A stretch of 62,041 bases of DNA, filler included, from Chiloscyllium plagiosum (Eukaryota): assembly GCF_004010195.1 (NCBI RefSeq). It is 4 parts of one record of this genome, joined end to end, with 100 filler letters (N's around TTAATTAATTAA, not from the genome) between each part and the next. Parts side by side here need not be neighbours in the genome. Positions count along the whole stretch, not along the records: positions 26,461 to 40,064 come from NC_057713.1; positions 40,165 to 59,149 come from NC_057713.1; 2 more parts are not named here. One strand, 5' to 3'. The position numbers and the translations under genes were made by a program. Positions 38,273 through 49,249 of the stretch are shown one piece after another (positions within the stretch are counted from its first letter, which is position 1; each line of letters begins with the position of its first letter). The notes beneath the pieces are model-generated. The model did no database searches. It saw only the letters and a list, made by a program, of their open reading frames with translations, and had not been told where the DNA came from.

Positions 38273-39014
38273 TGGGGATGAATTGAATAATTTGTTCAAA
38301 TAGGCTACATTGGCATGTTGGGCTGAACGGCCTGCAGTTTGATTCTATGACGTAGATACTGAGGTGAGGAAAAGCTTCACTGATGAAGCAAGCAATATGT
38401 TCTAAACCAAGGAATATATTCCATTGATGTAAGCTAATCTGTGATCATACCCCTGTCATTTTTCAGTATCGGAGGAAAGGAATGAAATGTTATTATATCA
38501 CTTCATCACGTGATATGACGAGGCCTTGCTGACTGACCCCACACATTCTACACTCCATAACTTCATCCGAAACTCAGCTGCCTGTATCCTAATTCACACC
38601 GAAATCCATGCACATTGTCTTGTTCAATAACACTGGCGGCTAGTCTGGTTCCCCTCAAATTTAAAACTCTCTTTCTTCACCTTAAAATCCTCCACTGGCC
38701 TCACTCTAACTGGAATCTCATCCATTCCTACAATCCTTGAGATTTCTTCCCTCTTCTAATATGGTCCTCTTGCCCATCCATTATTACCATTGCTCCACCC
38801 AACCCTGGCTGACCCTTCAGTTGCCAAGACCTTAAGCTCTAGATTCCCTCACTAAACCTTCCCTTCTCTCTCCTATTCTCTCCCCTTTTAAGAAAGTGTG
38901 AGATTGTGCACTTTAAAAGTAAGGATAGAGGTATTGACTAGTTTTTAAATGGGGAAAGGCTTTGGAAATCTGAAGTACCAAGGGACTTAGCAAAGTGCAA
39001 GGAAATGGGGTTAG

Positions 39015-39572
39015 CATAGAACATAGAACAATACAGCGCAGAACAGGTCCTTCGGCCCGCGATGTTGTGCTGACCCGTGAATTATTCTCAGCTCGTCCCC
39101 CTACACTATCCCATCATCATCCATGTGCTCATCCAAGGATTGTTTAAATCTCCCTAATGTGGCTGAGTTAACTACATTAGCAGGTAGGGCATTCCACACC
39201 CTTACCACTCTCTGAATAAAGAATCTGCCTCTGACATCTGTCTTAAATCTATCACCCCTCAATTTGTAGTTATGCCCCCTTATACAAGCTGATGTCATCA
39301 TCCTTGGAAAAAGACTTTCACTGTCTACCCTATCTAATCCTCTGATCATCTTGTATGTCTCTATCAAATTCCCTTTTAGCCTTCTTCTCTCCAATGAGAA
39401 CAGACCCAAGTCTCTTGGTCTTTCCTCACAAGACCTTCCTTCAAGATCAGGCAACATCCTGGTAAATCTCCTCTGCACCTTGTCCAATGCTTCCACATCC
39501 TTCCCGAAATATGTTGACCAGAACTGTACACAATATTCCAAGTGTGGCTGCACTAGCGTTTTGTATAGTTGC
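39015..39572 (-). mobile_element. CR1 LINE 3' end (young subfamily)
   Basis: Open [27 protein letters not shown]; tail (TTCTATG)n. Confidence 0.93.
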
Positions 39573-39593
39573 AGCGTAGTAAATGATGGACCT

Positions 39594-40064
39594 AGTTTGT
39601 GAGAAGATTTGTAGCTCGGGTGCTCGTTTTGGTTCTGTTCGCCGAGCTGGGAATTTGTGTTGCAGACGTTTCGTCCCCTGTCTAGGTGACATCCTCAGTG
39701 CTTGGGAGCCTCCTGTGAAGCGCTTCTGTGATGTTTCCTCCGTATCATCAACGCCACACTCACAGGAATCCGATTCACTAGAGAGGAAGAAAAGGACAAC
39801 CAACTCCCATTCCTAGACGTGATGGTACAGAGAACACCAAACGGAGAATTAAGCCACACACACAGACCAAGTCCTAAACTATGAAAGCAACCACCCCAAC
39901 ACACACAAAAGAAGTTGCATCAAGACACTGTTCAAAAGGGCCACAACACACTGCAGTACACCAGAACTGCAAAAAGAGGAAGAGGAACACCTATACAATG
40001 TATTCGCCAAAAACGGATACCCCCGCAATTTCATCAACAGATGCCTAAGGAAAAGACAACGGAA
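39594..40064 (+). mobile_element. Poseidon-type Penelope element, 5' truncated with inverted pLTR
   Basis: 39594-39742 is the reverse complement of the pLTR seen at 59470-59628; it is followed by INATLTGIRFTREEEKDNQLPFLDV..YESNHPNTHKRSCIKTLFKRA..NGYP. Confidence 0.88.
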
Positions 40065-40164
40065 NNNNNNNNNNNNNNNNNNNNNNNNNNNNNNNNNNNN
40101 NNNNNNNNTTAATTAATTAANNNNNNNNNNNNNNNNNNNNNNNNNNNNNNNNNNNNNNNNNNNN
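40065..40164. other. Artificial scaffold linker N44-TTAATTAATTAA-N44
   Basis: Core at 40109-40120. Confidence 0.97.
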
Positions 40165-40475
40165 ATCCCTCCCGCCCGGCACCGCCCTCCTGACCTGCAG
40201 TCTTTTTCTTGACCTCTCCGCCTCCACCCTGCTCCGACCTATCACCCTCACCTTGACCTCTTTCCACCTATCACATTTCCAACGCCCCTCCTCCAAGTCC
40301 CTCCTCCCTACCTTTTATCTTCTCCTGCTGAACACTCTCTGCTCATTCCTGAAGAAGGGCATGTGCCCGAAACGTCGAATCTTCTGTTCCCTAGATGCTG
40401 CCTGACCTGCTGTGCTGTTCCAGCAATAAAGTTTCAGCTTTGATCTCCAGCGTCTGCAGACCTCACTTTCTCCTC
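40165..40475 (+). mobile_element. Neptune-type Penelope 3' UTR and pLTR end
   Basis: Homologous to the reverse complement of 58710-58960; ends CTGCAGACCTCACTTTCTCC. Confidence 0.82.
40345..40380 (+). ncRNA. Minimal type I hammerhead ribozyme motif (family A)
   Basis: ATTC-CTGAAGA-A-GGGC(ATGT)GCCC-GAAA-C-GTC-GAAT; stem I ATTC/GAAT. Confidence 0.78.
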
Positions 40476-40799
40476 GAAAATGTAATGTTAGCATTCATTT
40501 CAAGAGGGCGTGAATACAACAGCAGGGGTGTACTGCTGAGTCTGTACAAGGATCTGGACAGACTGCATGTGGAATATTGTGGGCCATTTTGGGCTCCATA
40601 TTAAAGAAGGATGTGCTGGCCTTGCAGGGGGCCCAGAGGACGTTTACAAGAATGATCCTAGGAAGGCTGATCAAATGGCGGAGCAGACTTGATGGATTGA
40701 ATGACTTAATTCTGCTCCTGTACATTATGGGCTTAACCCCAACTGTTGGACAAAGATTTTAATCATCTTCATTAATAGTATAAAACTTTTCACACAAAC

Positions 40800-41162
40800 T
40801 GTCGTGTTTGGAACCAGGTTGGTTGGGTGGGTCCCATTGACTTTGGGATCCCTGATTGGGTTGTTAACTTGGGCTAATCAGGGAGTCCTGGCTGACAGAT
40901 TTGAACTGGACAATAGACAATAGACAATAGACAATAGTTGCAGGAGTAGGCCATTCAGCCCTTCGAGCCTGCACCGCCATTCAATATAATCACGGCTGAT
41001 CATTCCTAATCAGTATCCTGTTCCTGCCTTATCTCCATAACCGTTGATTCAGAAGATCTCCTCTACCCAGGGACTGGCTCTGAGCTGGCTAGTCAAAGTC
41101 CATGTTCTGTGCACGTGTAAATAAAGGGTAACTTGGTGACGGGAACTGGTGAAGTTATTTCA
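40800..41162 (+). mobile_element. Solo LTR with a nested minus-strand CR1 tail (about 40908-41050)
   Basis: TG...CA ends, GTAAATAAAGGG polyA signal, homology to 44216-44447. Confidence 0.7.
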
Positions 41163-41464
41163 CTAATCGAATGAATAAACAATTACATTTTCTCTCAGTT
41201 ATTGCTAGTGTCTCCTAATACTGATATGCTGAAGCATACTCCATAGTGGAAAGTAGACTCTGTGACCTCTGACCTTAACCCTCTCAACCCCTCTCCCAGT
41301 CTCTCCTCTTTTATGGTGCTCCTCAAAACTGACCCCTTTGACCAGGTTTTTGGTCTTTTGTCCAACTAGTTCCTCATGTAGCTCAGTGTCAAATTTCTGT
41401 CAATCAGGTTGGAGGCATTTTATCACATGTAAGGTGCTATAGAAATGAAAACCATAGCTATTTT

Positions 41465-42570
41465 TGTCAGAGACATGAGCCAGGGTGTGGGATGTCATTT
41501 GCTACTTGTCACCGTACACTTGGATATTGTCCAGATCTTGTAGCATTTGAACATGGACTGCTGCAGTATCTGAGGAGTTGCGAATGGTGCTGAACATGTT
41601 ACAATCATCGCTGAACATCCCCACCTCTGTCCCTTACATTGTAGGGAAGGTCGTTGATGAAGCAGCTGAAGATGGTTGGGCCTAGGACACTACCCTGAGG
41701 AACTCCTGCAGAGATGCCCTGGATTGACCTCCAGCAACTACATCCATCTTCCCATGTGTCAACCAGCAGAGAGTTTGCCCCCTGGTACCCATTGATTTCA
41801 GTCTTGCCAGGGCTCCTTGATGCCACACTTGGTCGAATGCAGCCTCGATGTAAAGGGCTGTCACCCTCCCCTCCCCTCTGGAATCCAGCTGTTTTGTCCA
41901 TGTTTGACCCAAGGCTGTGATGAGGTCAGGAGCTGAGTGGCCCTGGGGGAACCCAAACTGGGCGTCACTGAGCAGGTTATTGCTGAGCAGGTGCTGCTTG
42001 ATAGCACTGTTGATGACACCTTCCAACACTTTACTGATGATGGAGAGAAGATTGACGGGGTGATAATTGTGGATTAGTGGTGTTGGAAGAGCACAGCAGT
42101 TCAGGCAGCATCCAAGGAGCATCGAAATCGACGTTTCGGGCAAAAGCCCTTCATCAGGATTTATTCCTGATGAAGGGCTTTTGCCCGAAACGTCGATTTC
42201 GAAGCTCCTTGGATGCTGCCTGAACTGCTGTGCTCTTCCAGCACCACTAATCCAGAATCTGCTTTCCAGCATCTGCAGTCCTTGTTTTTACCGGGGTGAT
42301 AATTGGCCAGGTTGGATTGTTTCTGCTTTTTATTTAGCGAGCTGGGTAATTTTCCATATTGTCAGGTGGATGCCAGTGTTGAAACTGTACTGGAAGAGGT
42401 TGGCTAGGGGAGCGGTAAGTTCTGGAGCACACGTCTTCAGCACTATTGCTGGAATGTTGTCAGGGCCCATAGCCTTTACAGTGCCTCCAATAGTTTCTTG
42501 ATGTCACATGGAGTGAATCACATTGTCTGAAGACTAGTGTACATGATGCGAGGGACCTCTGGAGGATGCC
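41465..42570 (-). mobile_element. RT region of a second CR1/L2-group LINE family
   Basis: [56 protein letters not shown]. Confidence 0.88.
42070..42291. mobile_element. PLE foldback insert with about 90-bp near-perfect arms, two opposed hammerheads and exact 14-bp TSD
   Basis: CGGGGTGATAATTG at 42056-42069 and 42292-42305; cores at 42130-42157 (-) and 42167-42194 (+). Confidence 0.92.
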
Positions 42571-44215
42571 AAGGTGGATCTGGTACAGAAGTTGAACCTT
42601 GTTGAAAAGAGAGACGTGGAACTGATGTTTTGTGTCTTGTGTTCTTTGTGACACTTGCAAGAATGTCAAACCTCAGGCAATCGCAATAATTTCTCTTACA
42701 GGAAGGAAGGGTGCTGATTAGTTGGCATGTTGACTCTTATTTGCCAAAGCATTGCCATGGAACAAGGAACAAGGAACTGTCGGATACTAGATTATTTAAA
42801 AGGTGCAAGGCTTGAACATATTCCTTTGGTTTGTAGAAAAGGTGACTGGTTGTGAATATTTGCTGTGAGTAAAATTTGTTCTGCCTAACTGCATTTGTGA
42901 GGTGAAAAGCTTTGGCAAGAAGTCTTTTGTTTCAGTGATGTGAGAAAACTATCCCTCAATTCACTCTTCACTGAACTTCCAAAATCTCAACTGGTCATCT
43001 CTTCAACATGACCATCCTGTGACCATCTCTCTTCTCAACTACATGCACACTTACACTTGCAATGTTCTTACTCTGATCAAAGCCATTATGTTTCCTCACC
43101 CTATCGTGCCCACCATGACTCTAACCCCCAACTCCTTTAAATTCAAAAGTTGGCCATCTTTGGCATCAGATATGGCATACCAATGGTTGAATGATTCACT
43201 CTCAGATCTGGCAAGACCCTATTGGCTCCCCTTCTCGTACAAACATATGAAATAGGATCAGAACTAGACCATCCAGTCTTCGAGCCTGCTCCACCATTTA
43301 ATAAGATCATGGCAGATGTGATTTTAACCTCAACCATACAACCCCGCACATCCTTGATAACCTTTCAACTCCTTGGTCATCAAGAATCTATCTCCCTCTA
43401 CCTCTGCATCCCTCAATATTCTGCATCTCTTTCTCTTTGTGGAAATGAATTCCAAACATTCACAACTCTCTGAGAGAAAAATATATTTCCTCATCTTAAA
43501 TGTGTGACTCTTCATTGTTAAAGAGTGACTCCCGACCTCTAGATTCTCCCACAAGACGAAATATCCTTTCAACGCCCACTCAGTCAAGTCGCCTCTTATG
43601 TTAAAATTAAGTCACCTCTGATACTTCTAAACCCCAGAGGGTTCTGGGATAGCCTGCCCCGCTGCTCCTCATAATGCTATCTGTACTTACTTCGTCATTT
43701 AAACCTAACTCCAATTGGCTGGGAGGGCTCTTTATGGACAGTGATAGTGTCTCTATCTCTGAGCAAGGAGGCCTGGGTTTAAGCCCAACCTACTCTAGGG
43801 GTGTATAATAAATTTCTGAACAGCTTGATTAGAAAATATGTTCTTTTGAGTAGGAAGGTTTTTGTAGTGCATTGATAATGTCCCTGCCTCTGAGGCAGGT
43901 GATCTCAGCTCAAGTCTGAGTTGGCTGGTTTTTTAATACACATCCTCTGCAATTGACCAGGCAATTATTTTAACAAGGCTGGTTGAGATTCTTCAGTGGA
44001 TCAGATTAAAAGGGTGTAGTGGCCATAAGCCCACTCTTGCATTTGAGAGACTGAGAGATGATTGGTTGCGTTTTAACCTGAGGGTCACCATGTCTCAAGT
44101 GAGCTCATGAAGGCGGGATGTACATGGTAATCTCAACCAATAGGGGCATTAAACCAACAGTATTAGCATTGCCCTCTGCCTTCCAGCTAGAAAGCTAACC
44201 AATAGGCATAAATCC

Positions 44216-44447
44216 TGAAATAACTACACCGACGCCAGTAACCCATCACCAAATCACCCTTTATTTACACATGCACAGTACAGGGACTAGGACCAGCCAG
44301 CTCCGAGCCAGTCCCTAGACTGTGGAGACCTTCTGAATGTCCTGTTTATATCTGTCAGCCAGGGCTCCCTGATTGCCCAGGTTAACAGCCCCAATCAGGA
44401 ATCTCACAGTCAATGAGATCTACTTGGCTATCATTCTAATCACTACA
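44216..44447 (-). mobile_element. Solo LTR, 232 bp, 5-bp TSD
   Basis: AATCC|TGAAATAAC...CACTACA|AATCC; AATAAA on the minus strand. Confidence 0.85.
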
Positions 44448-44589
44448 AATCCCATTTCTTTAATAATGCCACACCATGATTTATGCGCCTCCCTGACGGA
44501 GTAAAGGAGGCCTTGTTTTTAATACACTCATTAAGTGCTGACACCGAAACTGACCAGGGGTAGGGGCAACATTCCCTCATTCCTCTCAC

Positions 44590-45030
44590 TAGGTTGGAGG
44601 GTTTGAGCATAGGGAGTGGCTGAACAGGCTGGGGGCTGTTTTCCCTGGAGTGCCGGAGGCTGAGGGGTGACCTTATAGAGGTTTATAAAATCATGAGGGG
44701 CATGGATAGGATAAATAGTCAAGGTCTTTTTCCCCTGGGGTGGAGGAGTCTAAAACTGGAGGGCAAAAAATTTAAGGTGAGGGGGAAAGATTTAAAAGGG
44801 ACAACTTTTTCACGCAGAAGGTGGTGTGTGTATAGATGAGAAAGTGGTGGAAGCTGGTACAATGACAGCACTTAAAAGGCACCTGGGTGGGTAAATGATT
44901 AGGAAGGGTTTGGAGGGAAATGGGCCAAGTGCTGGAAACTGGGGCTAGATTAATTTAAGATATCTGGTCAGCATGGACGAGTTGGACTGAAGTGCCTATT
45001 TTCATGCTATATAACTTCAGGACTCTATGA
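44590..45030 (+). mobile_element. HER1/CR1 LINE 3' end
   Basis: LGLFSLE..RGDLIEVYKIMRG and HER1 tail. Confidence 0.9.
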
Positions 45031-45954
45031 GAGAGGTACCTTGGAGTTTCCCTCCAATCACCACCATGGGACTGAACCTACAAGCTGCTGCTTTTATGCG
45101 TTGATTATTCACCACCCCAGCCGAGCCACACCAGACCCCTGGTCAGTCAAACACTGAGACAGAAAGCAAAGGCAGCATTTTGACTGAACAGTAGCACTTA
45201 TACAGCATTGCTCATCTCTGCAAACGCGGTGAATTGCGATCTCCTGCTCTGCTCATTGTCAGGGACACAGATGAAGCCAAGAATGTGTTTCGTGACAATT
45301 GTGACAACTCTCGCAGGCCCAGTTGCATTTCCAACTCAGTCACAGCCTCCGACAGGATGATGTGCTACAAATTACCATGAGTGTTGGCAAGTAAATAAGC
45401 ATATTGCTCTGAACAAGCTAATTGCTGCATAATTAATGTAGACATTGATGATGTGGAGTGCACTGATCACGGGATCATTTCCAAATGGTCTTATTCATGG
45501 AACTTCCCTAAAGAAATCAAATCTAAACCACATCTGTTATCAAATTGACAAAAGAGGCACGTGTTGTTTTCGGGGAGTTGGTGCTGTAGTGGCATTGACT
45601 TGTCTTCCAGAGGCCCAGGCTCGAGCAGCATGGGTTCAAATCCCACCATCCCACACTGGTAGAATTTAAATGCAAATGACTTTTAAAAAAAATGCCTGGA
45701 ATTGAAAGCTTATCTCAGCAATAGCAACCCTGAACCTACCATCGAGTCTCATTAAAAAAGAAAGTCATCCAAATCTCTCATGTTCTGTAAGCAAGAACAT
45801 GAGAGATGTTTACAGCACAGAGAAAGGTCATTCAGCCTGGGATTAGATTAGTTTTGGATATCCGGTTGGCATGGGCGAGTTGGACCGAAGGGTCTGTTTC
45901 TATGCTGGCCTTCTCTATGGCGTCCCAGTCAACAAAGACCTGATAGCACTAATC

Positions 45955-46690
45955 CCATCGATGGTAAGGAGGAAATGGCCGGAACCCGCAAACTGGAATT
46001 TCGGAAGCAGACATAAAACATTCGAAGATTGGTGGATGTAAGTATGAAGGGACTGGACAAGGGGAGGAAAATCCGAGTTCAGGTAGGAGGAGATGCGTTC
46101 TGTGGGGCAGGAGTAGGCTGAAACAATGGGTCTACCTGGGCAGTCCCATCTGTGGGTTTTGGGAAGGAGGTAGAAGTGAGCTGTGAGGGGTTGGGGGATC
46201 TATCAGCTTGGAGACATTCAGCAGGAGATCACCAGATGAAATTAGGTTAGTGACTATTGTGGATACAATGCCCTGATCTTTCATGGTGGGTCATGATCCA
46301 AGGGGAGATAGGAAGACGTATCTGAGAGTTGGTGTTCAGCATCTGCAATGTAGAGGTCAGTCCGCCAGACAACAACAGCACCACCCTTATCAGCACAGGC
46401 TTAATGACAAAGTCAGGGATGGATCTGAGAGCACGGAGTGCAGCCAATTCAGAGGAAACCAGATTGGAATGGGTCGAGGGGGCCCAGATAAGTTGAGGTG
46501 ACCAATGTGACTTTGACAATTCTCAATGAACAGGTCAAAAGTGGGGGCAAAAGGCCAGAGGGAAGTGTCCACATGGAGAGAGAGTGTTGGAGATGAGTGA
46601 AGGGGTCTGGGGGATGGGGAAACAAGTGGACACAAAGGTGAAGGAAGAAGAGTTCAACGTCATGTAGTGCCCCAAAATGCATTAAGCTTG
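45955..46690 (-). mobile_element. Neptune-type Penelope ORF N-terminal region, decayed
   Basis: SNLVSSELAALRALRSIPDFVIKP(A)DKGGAVVVWRTDLYIADAEHQLSD, the DKG motif upstream of PLE RT. Confidence 0.82.
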
Positions 46691-47274
46691 GGGCACAGTG
46701 GTGGAGGTGTGTGTGTGCGGATCTGGCTCACTCATGTCCTTTAGGGAAGGAATCTGCCATCCTTACCCAGTCTGGCCTACACGTGACTCCAGACCCACAG
46801 CAATGTGGTCGACTCGTAGCTACCCTCTGGGCAATTAGAGATGGACAATAAATGCTGGCCTTCTCAATCACCACCTTATAAAATAATTTCAAAAATTATT
46901 AAAAACTGAATCACACTGTGTGTGCTTTCTGTTGGTTGGGTAAGGTATTTATCCAAAAAGGGCAGACGGTGTTAGAGGCAGTAACATATTTTCTTGCTCA
47001 TTGTCTGCGTCTACAGTGCCAGGCATTGCTGACTCAGCACTAATGAAGTACTTCTCAGTGCTGTATCCTGACTCACCCACATTCGAGAATCGTTACTTAC
47101 CCGCTTCAGTCGTAAAAGCAAGGCTGTCTTGCCAATAAGGCTCATTAAATTCAACAAACAATCTCTTTCATGAGTCAGTGTTGAGAACTGGATGGTGCCA
47201 AACATTTAAGCACTCCTCAATTTGGGCAAAACTTCATTTGGTTCAATTTACCAGAGGTACGGGGCAGGTCATGG

Positions 47275-47600
47275 GGTGGCTCAATGGTTAGCACTGCTGC
47301 CTCACAGCACCAGGGACCCAGGTTCAATTCCAGCCTCGGGCGTCTGTCTATGTGCAGTTTGCGCATTCTCCCCGTGTCTGCGTGGGTTTCCTCCAGGTGC
47401 CCTGGTTTCCTCCCACAATCCAAAGATGTGCAGGTTAGGTGAATTGGCCAAGTTAAGTTGCCCTTAGTGCCCAGAGATGTGTAGGTTCAGTGGATTAGCC
47501 ATGAGGAACGCAGGGATAGGGTAGGGGTTGGTTCTGGGTTAGATGCTCTACAGTGGATTGGAAGGGCTGAATGGCCTGCTTCCACACTGTAGAGATTCTA
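47275..47600 (+). mobile_element. HE1-type V-SINE
   Basis: A/B boxes, V-domain and tail. Confidence 0.9.
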
Positions 47601-49249
47601 TTCAGGTCAGATCATATCTAGAGTGTAGTTTATTGCAAAGGGAATGAGACATTGAAGGAGGGAACAATAAAAGAAAAGTACTTGGACGCTGGAGATCTGA
47701 AATGATACAGAAAATGTTGGAGGAACTCAGCAGCAGGGGAGTCAAGGGTGACAGGGAGAATGTAAAAAGATGGATATAAGGAATGTTCAATTAGCCATGA
47801 TCCAAATGAATGGTAGAGCAGGCTTGAAGGGCTGAATAGCCAACTCCTGTTCCGAGTCTAGAGAGTGGTGCTGGAAAAGCACAGCAGGTCGAGCAGCAGG
47901 AGAATCAATGTTTCGGGCAAAACTCCTGTTCCTATTTCTAGTGGTCTTATCTGATGAGAGAGACAGAAACAGAGTTAACATTTCCGGTGTAATATGACTC
48001 TTCTTCAGAACTAGAAAATGACAGGTTTTTTTACTGTTGACAAAGGGAGTGAGGAGCGAGTATCCAGTTTACAACACGTTGATTGACTCCTCTCTCACTC
48101 CCATTACCTCGTCACATCGCCATGACACCGTATTCAATCGCTGAAGGTGTAACTCTGACCCTTTCACCTCCTCCCTCTTCAATGTCCAAGTCTCCAAGCA
48201 TGCCTTCCAGGTCTTGTCACTGGGCTACTTAATTTAGACCGCCAGGAGACATGGGGTTAAATCCCACTATGGGAATTGGTGAAGCTAAATTCATTGAAAG
48301 TCTTAAATAAAATGGTGAAAGCTGTAAGTTATCATTGAGAACCCGTCTAGCTCACTCATAATGTTGAGGGATGGCAATCTGCTGTGTTTACTTGGTCTGG
48401 CTGATATGTGACTCCAGACCCACAACAAAGAGGAAACCAGAGCACCCAGAGGAAACCCACACAGACACGGGGAGAACGTGCAAACTCCACACAGACAGTC
48501 GCCAAATTGAACCTGGGTCCATGGTACAGTAAGCCACTCCTTTTTATAAATGTGAGAGCTTCCATCATCAGGCCTCTCTCTTCGTAACGATCCTCAGGCT
48601 GTTCAGTCGCTGATGACAAGTATGATTTCTCAGTCCATCTATTCACCACGTTAATCAGTTCTCTATTGCTCCTGTCTGTCTAAGTCTAAGTCAATGTCTG
48701 GGGGTGTGGACAAAATGCATTGAGGAATAAATTGTTTATTTGTACATCCCATCCCTCTCCCGACTTGTTACTCAATACTAACAGAAGTCACACCAGTGTC
48801 CATAAATCGTTCATTCCTGATTCATAGTAGACAGCTTTGCTCTCAGTCCAGCACTGACTACAAGTGAGGTTTAATTCGATGCAAGAGTTACATGACTTCC
48901 CTTTTTGCTAATACAATGGAAATAAACCCCAGTTCTTTGTTTTTTACTTTTATAACACATGAGCGTATGAACATATCATTGAGAAGGAAGAATAGACCAC
49001 TTGGCCCTTTGAGCCTGCTCCTACATTTGAAAAGATCGTGCTGATCTGATTGTGCCTCAACTTCTCTTTTCTGTCTGTCCTTCTGAGGCTGAGAAAGGCG
49101 TCCGTGGAAAATCAGCTGGTGTTCCTCCAGCTGGCGTTGAGCTTCATTGAAACACAGAGGCAGGCCCAGGACAGCAAGGTTAGAAGGGGAACAAGGTAGC
49201 TTGTTGAAATGGGAAGCAACTGGGAAGTCAGGGGAATTCTTATCTCTAA

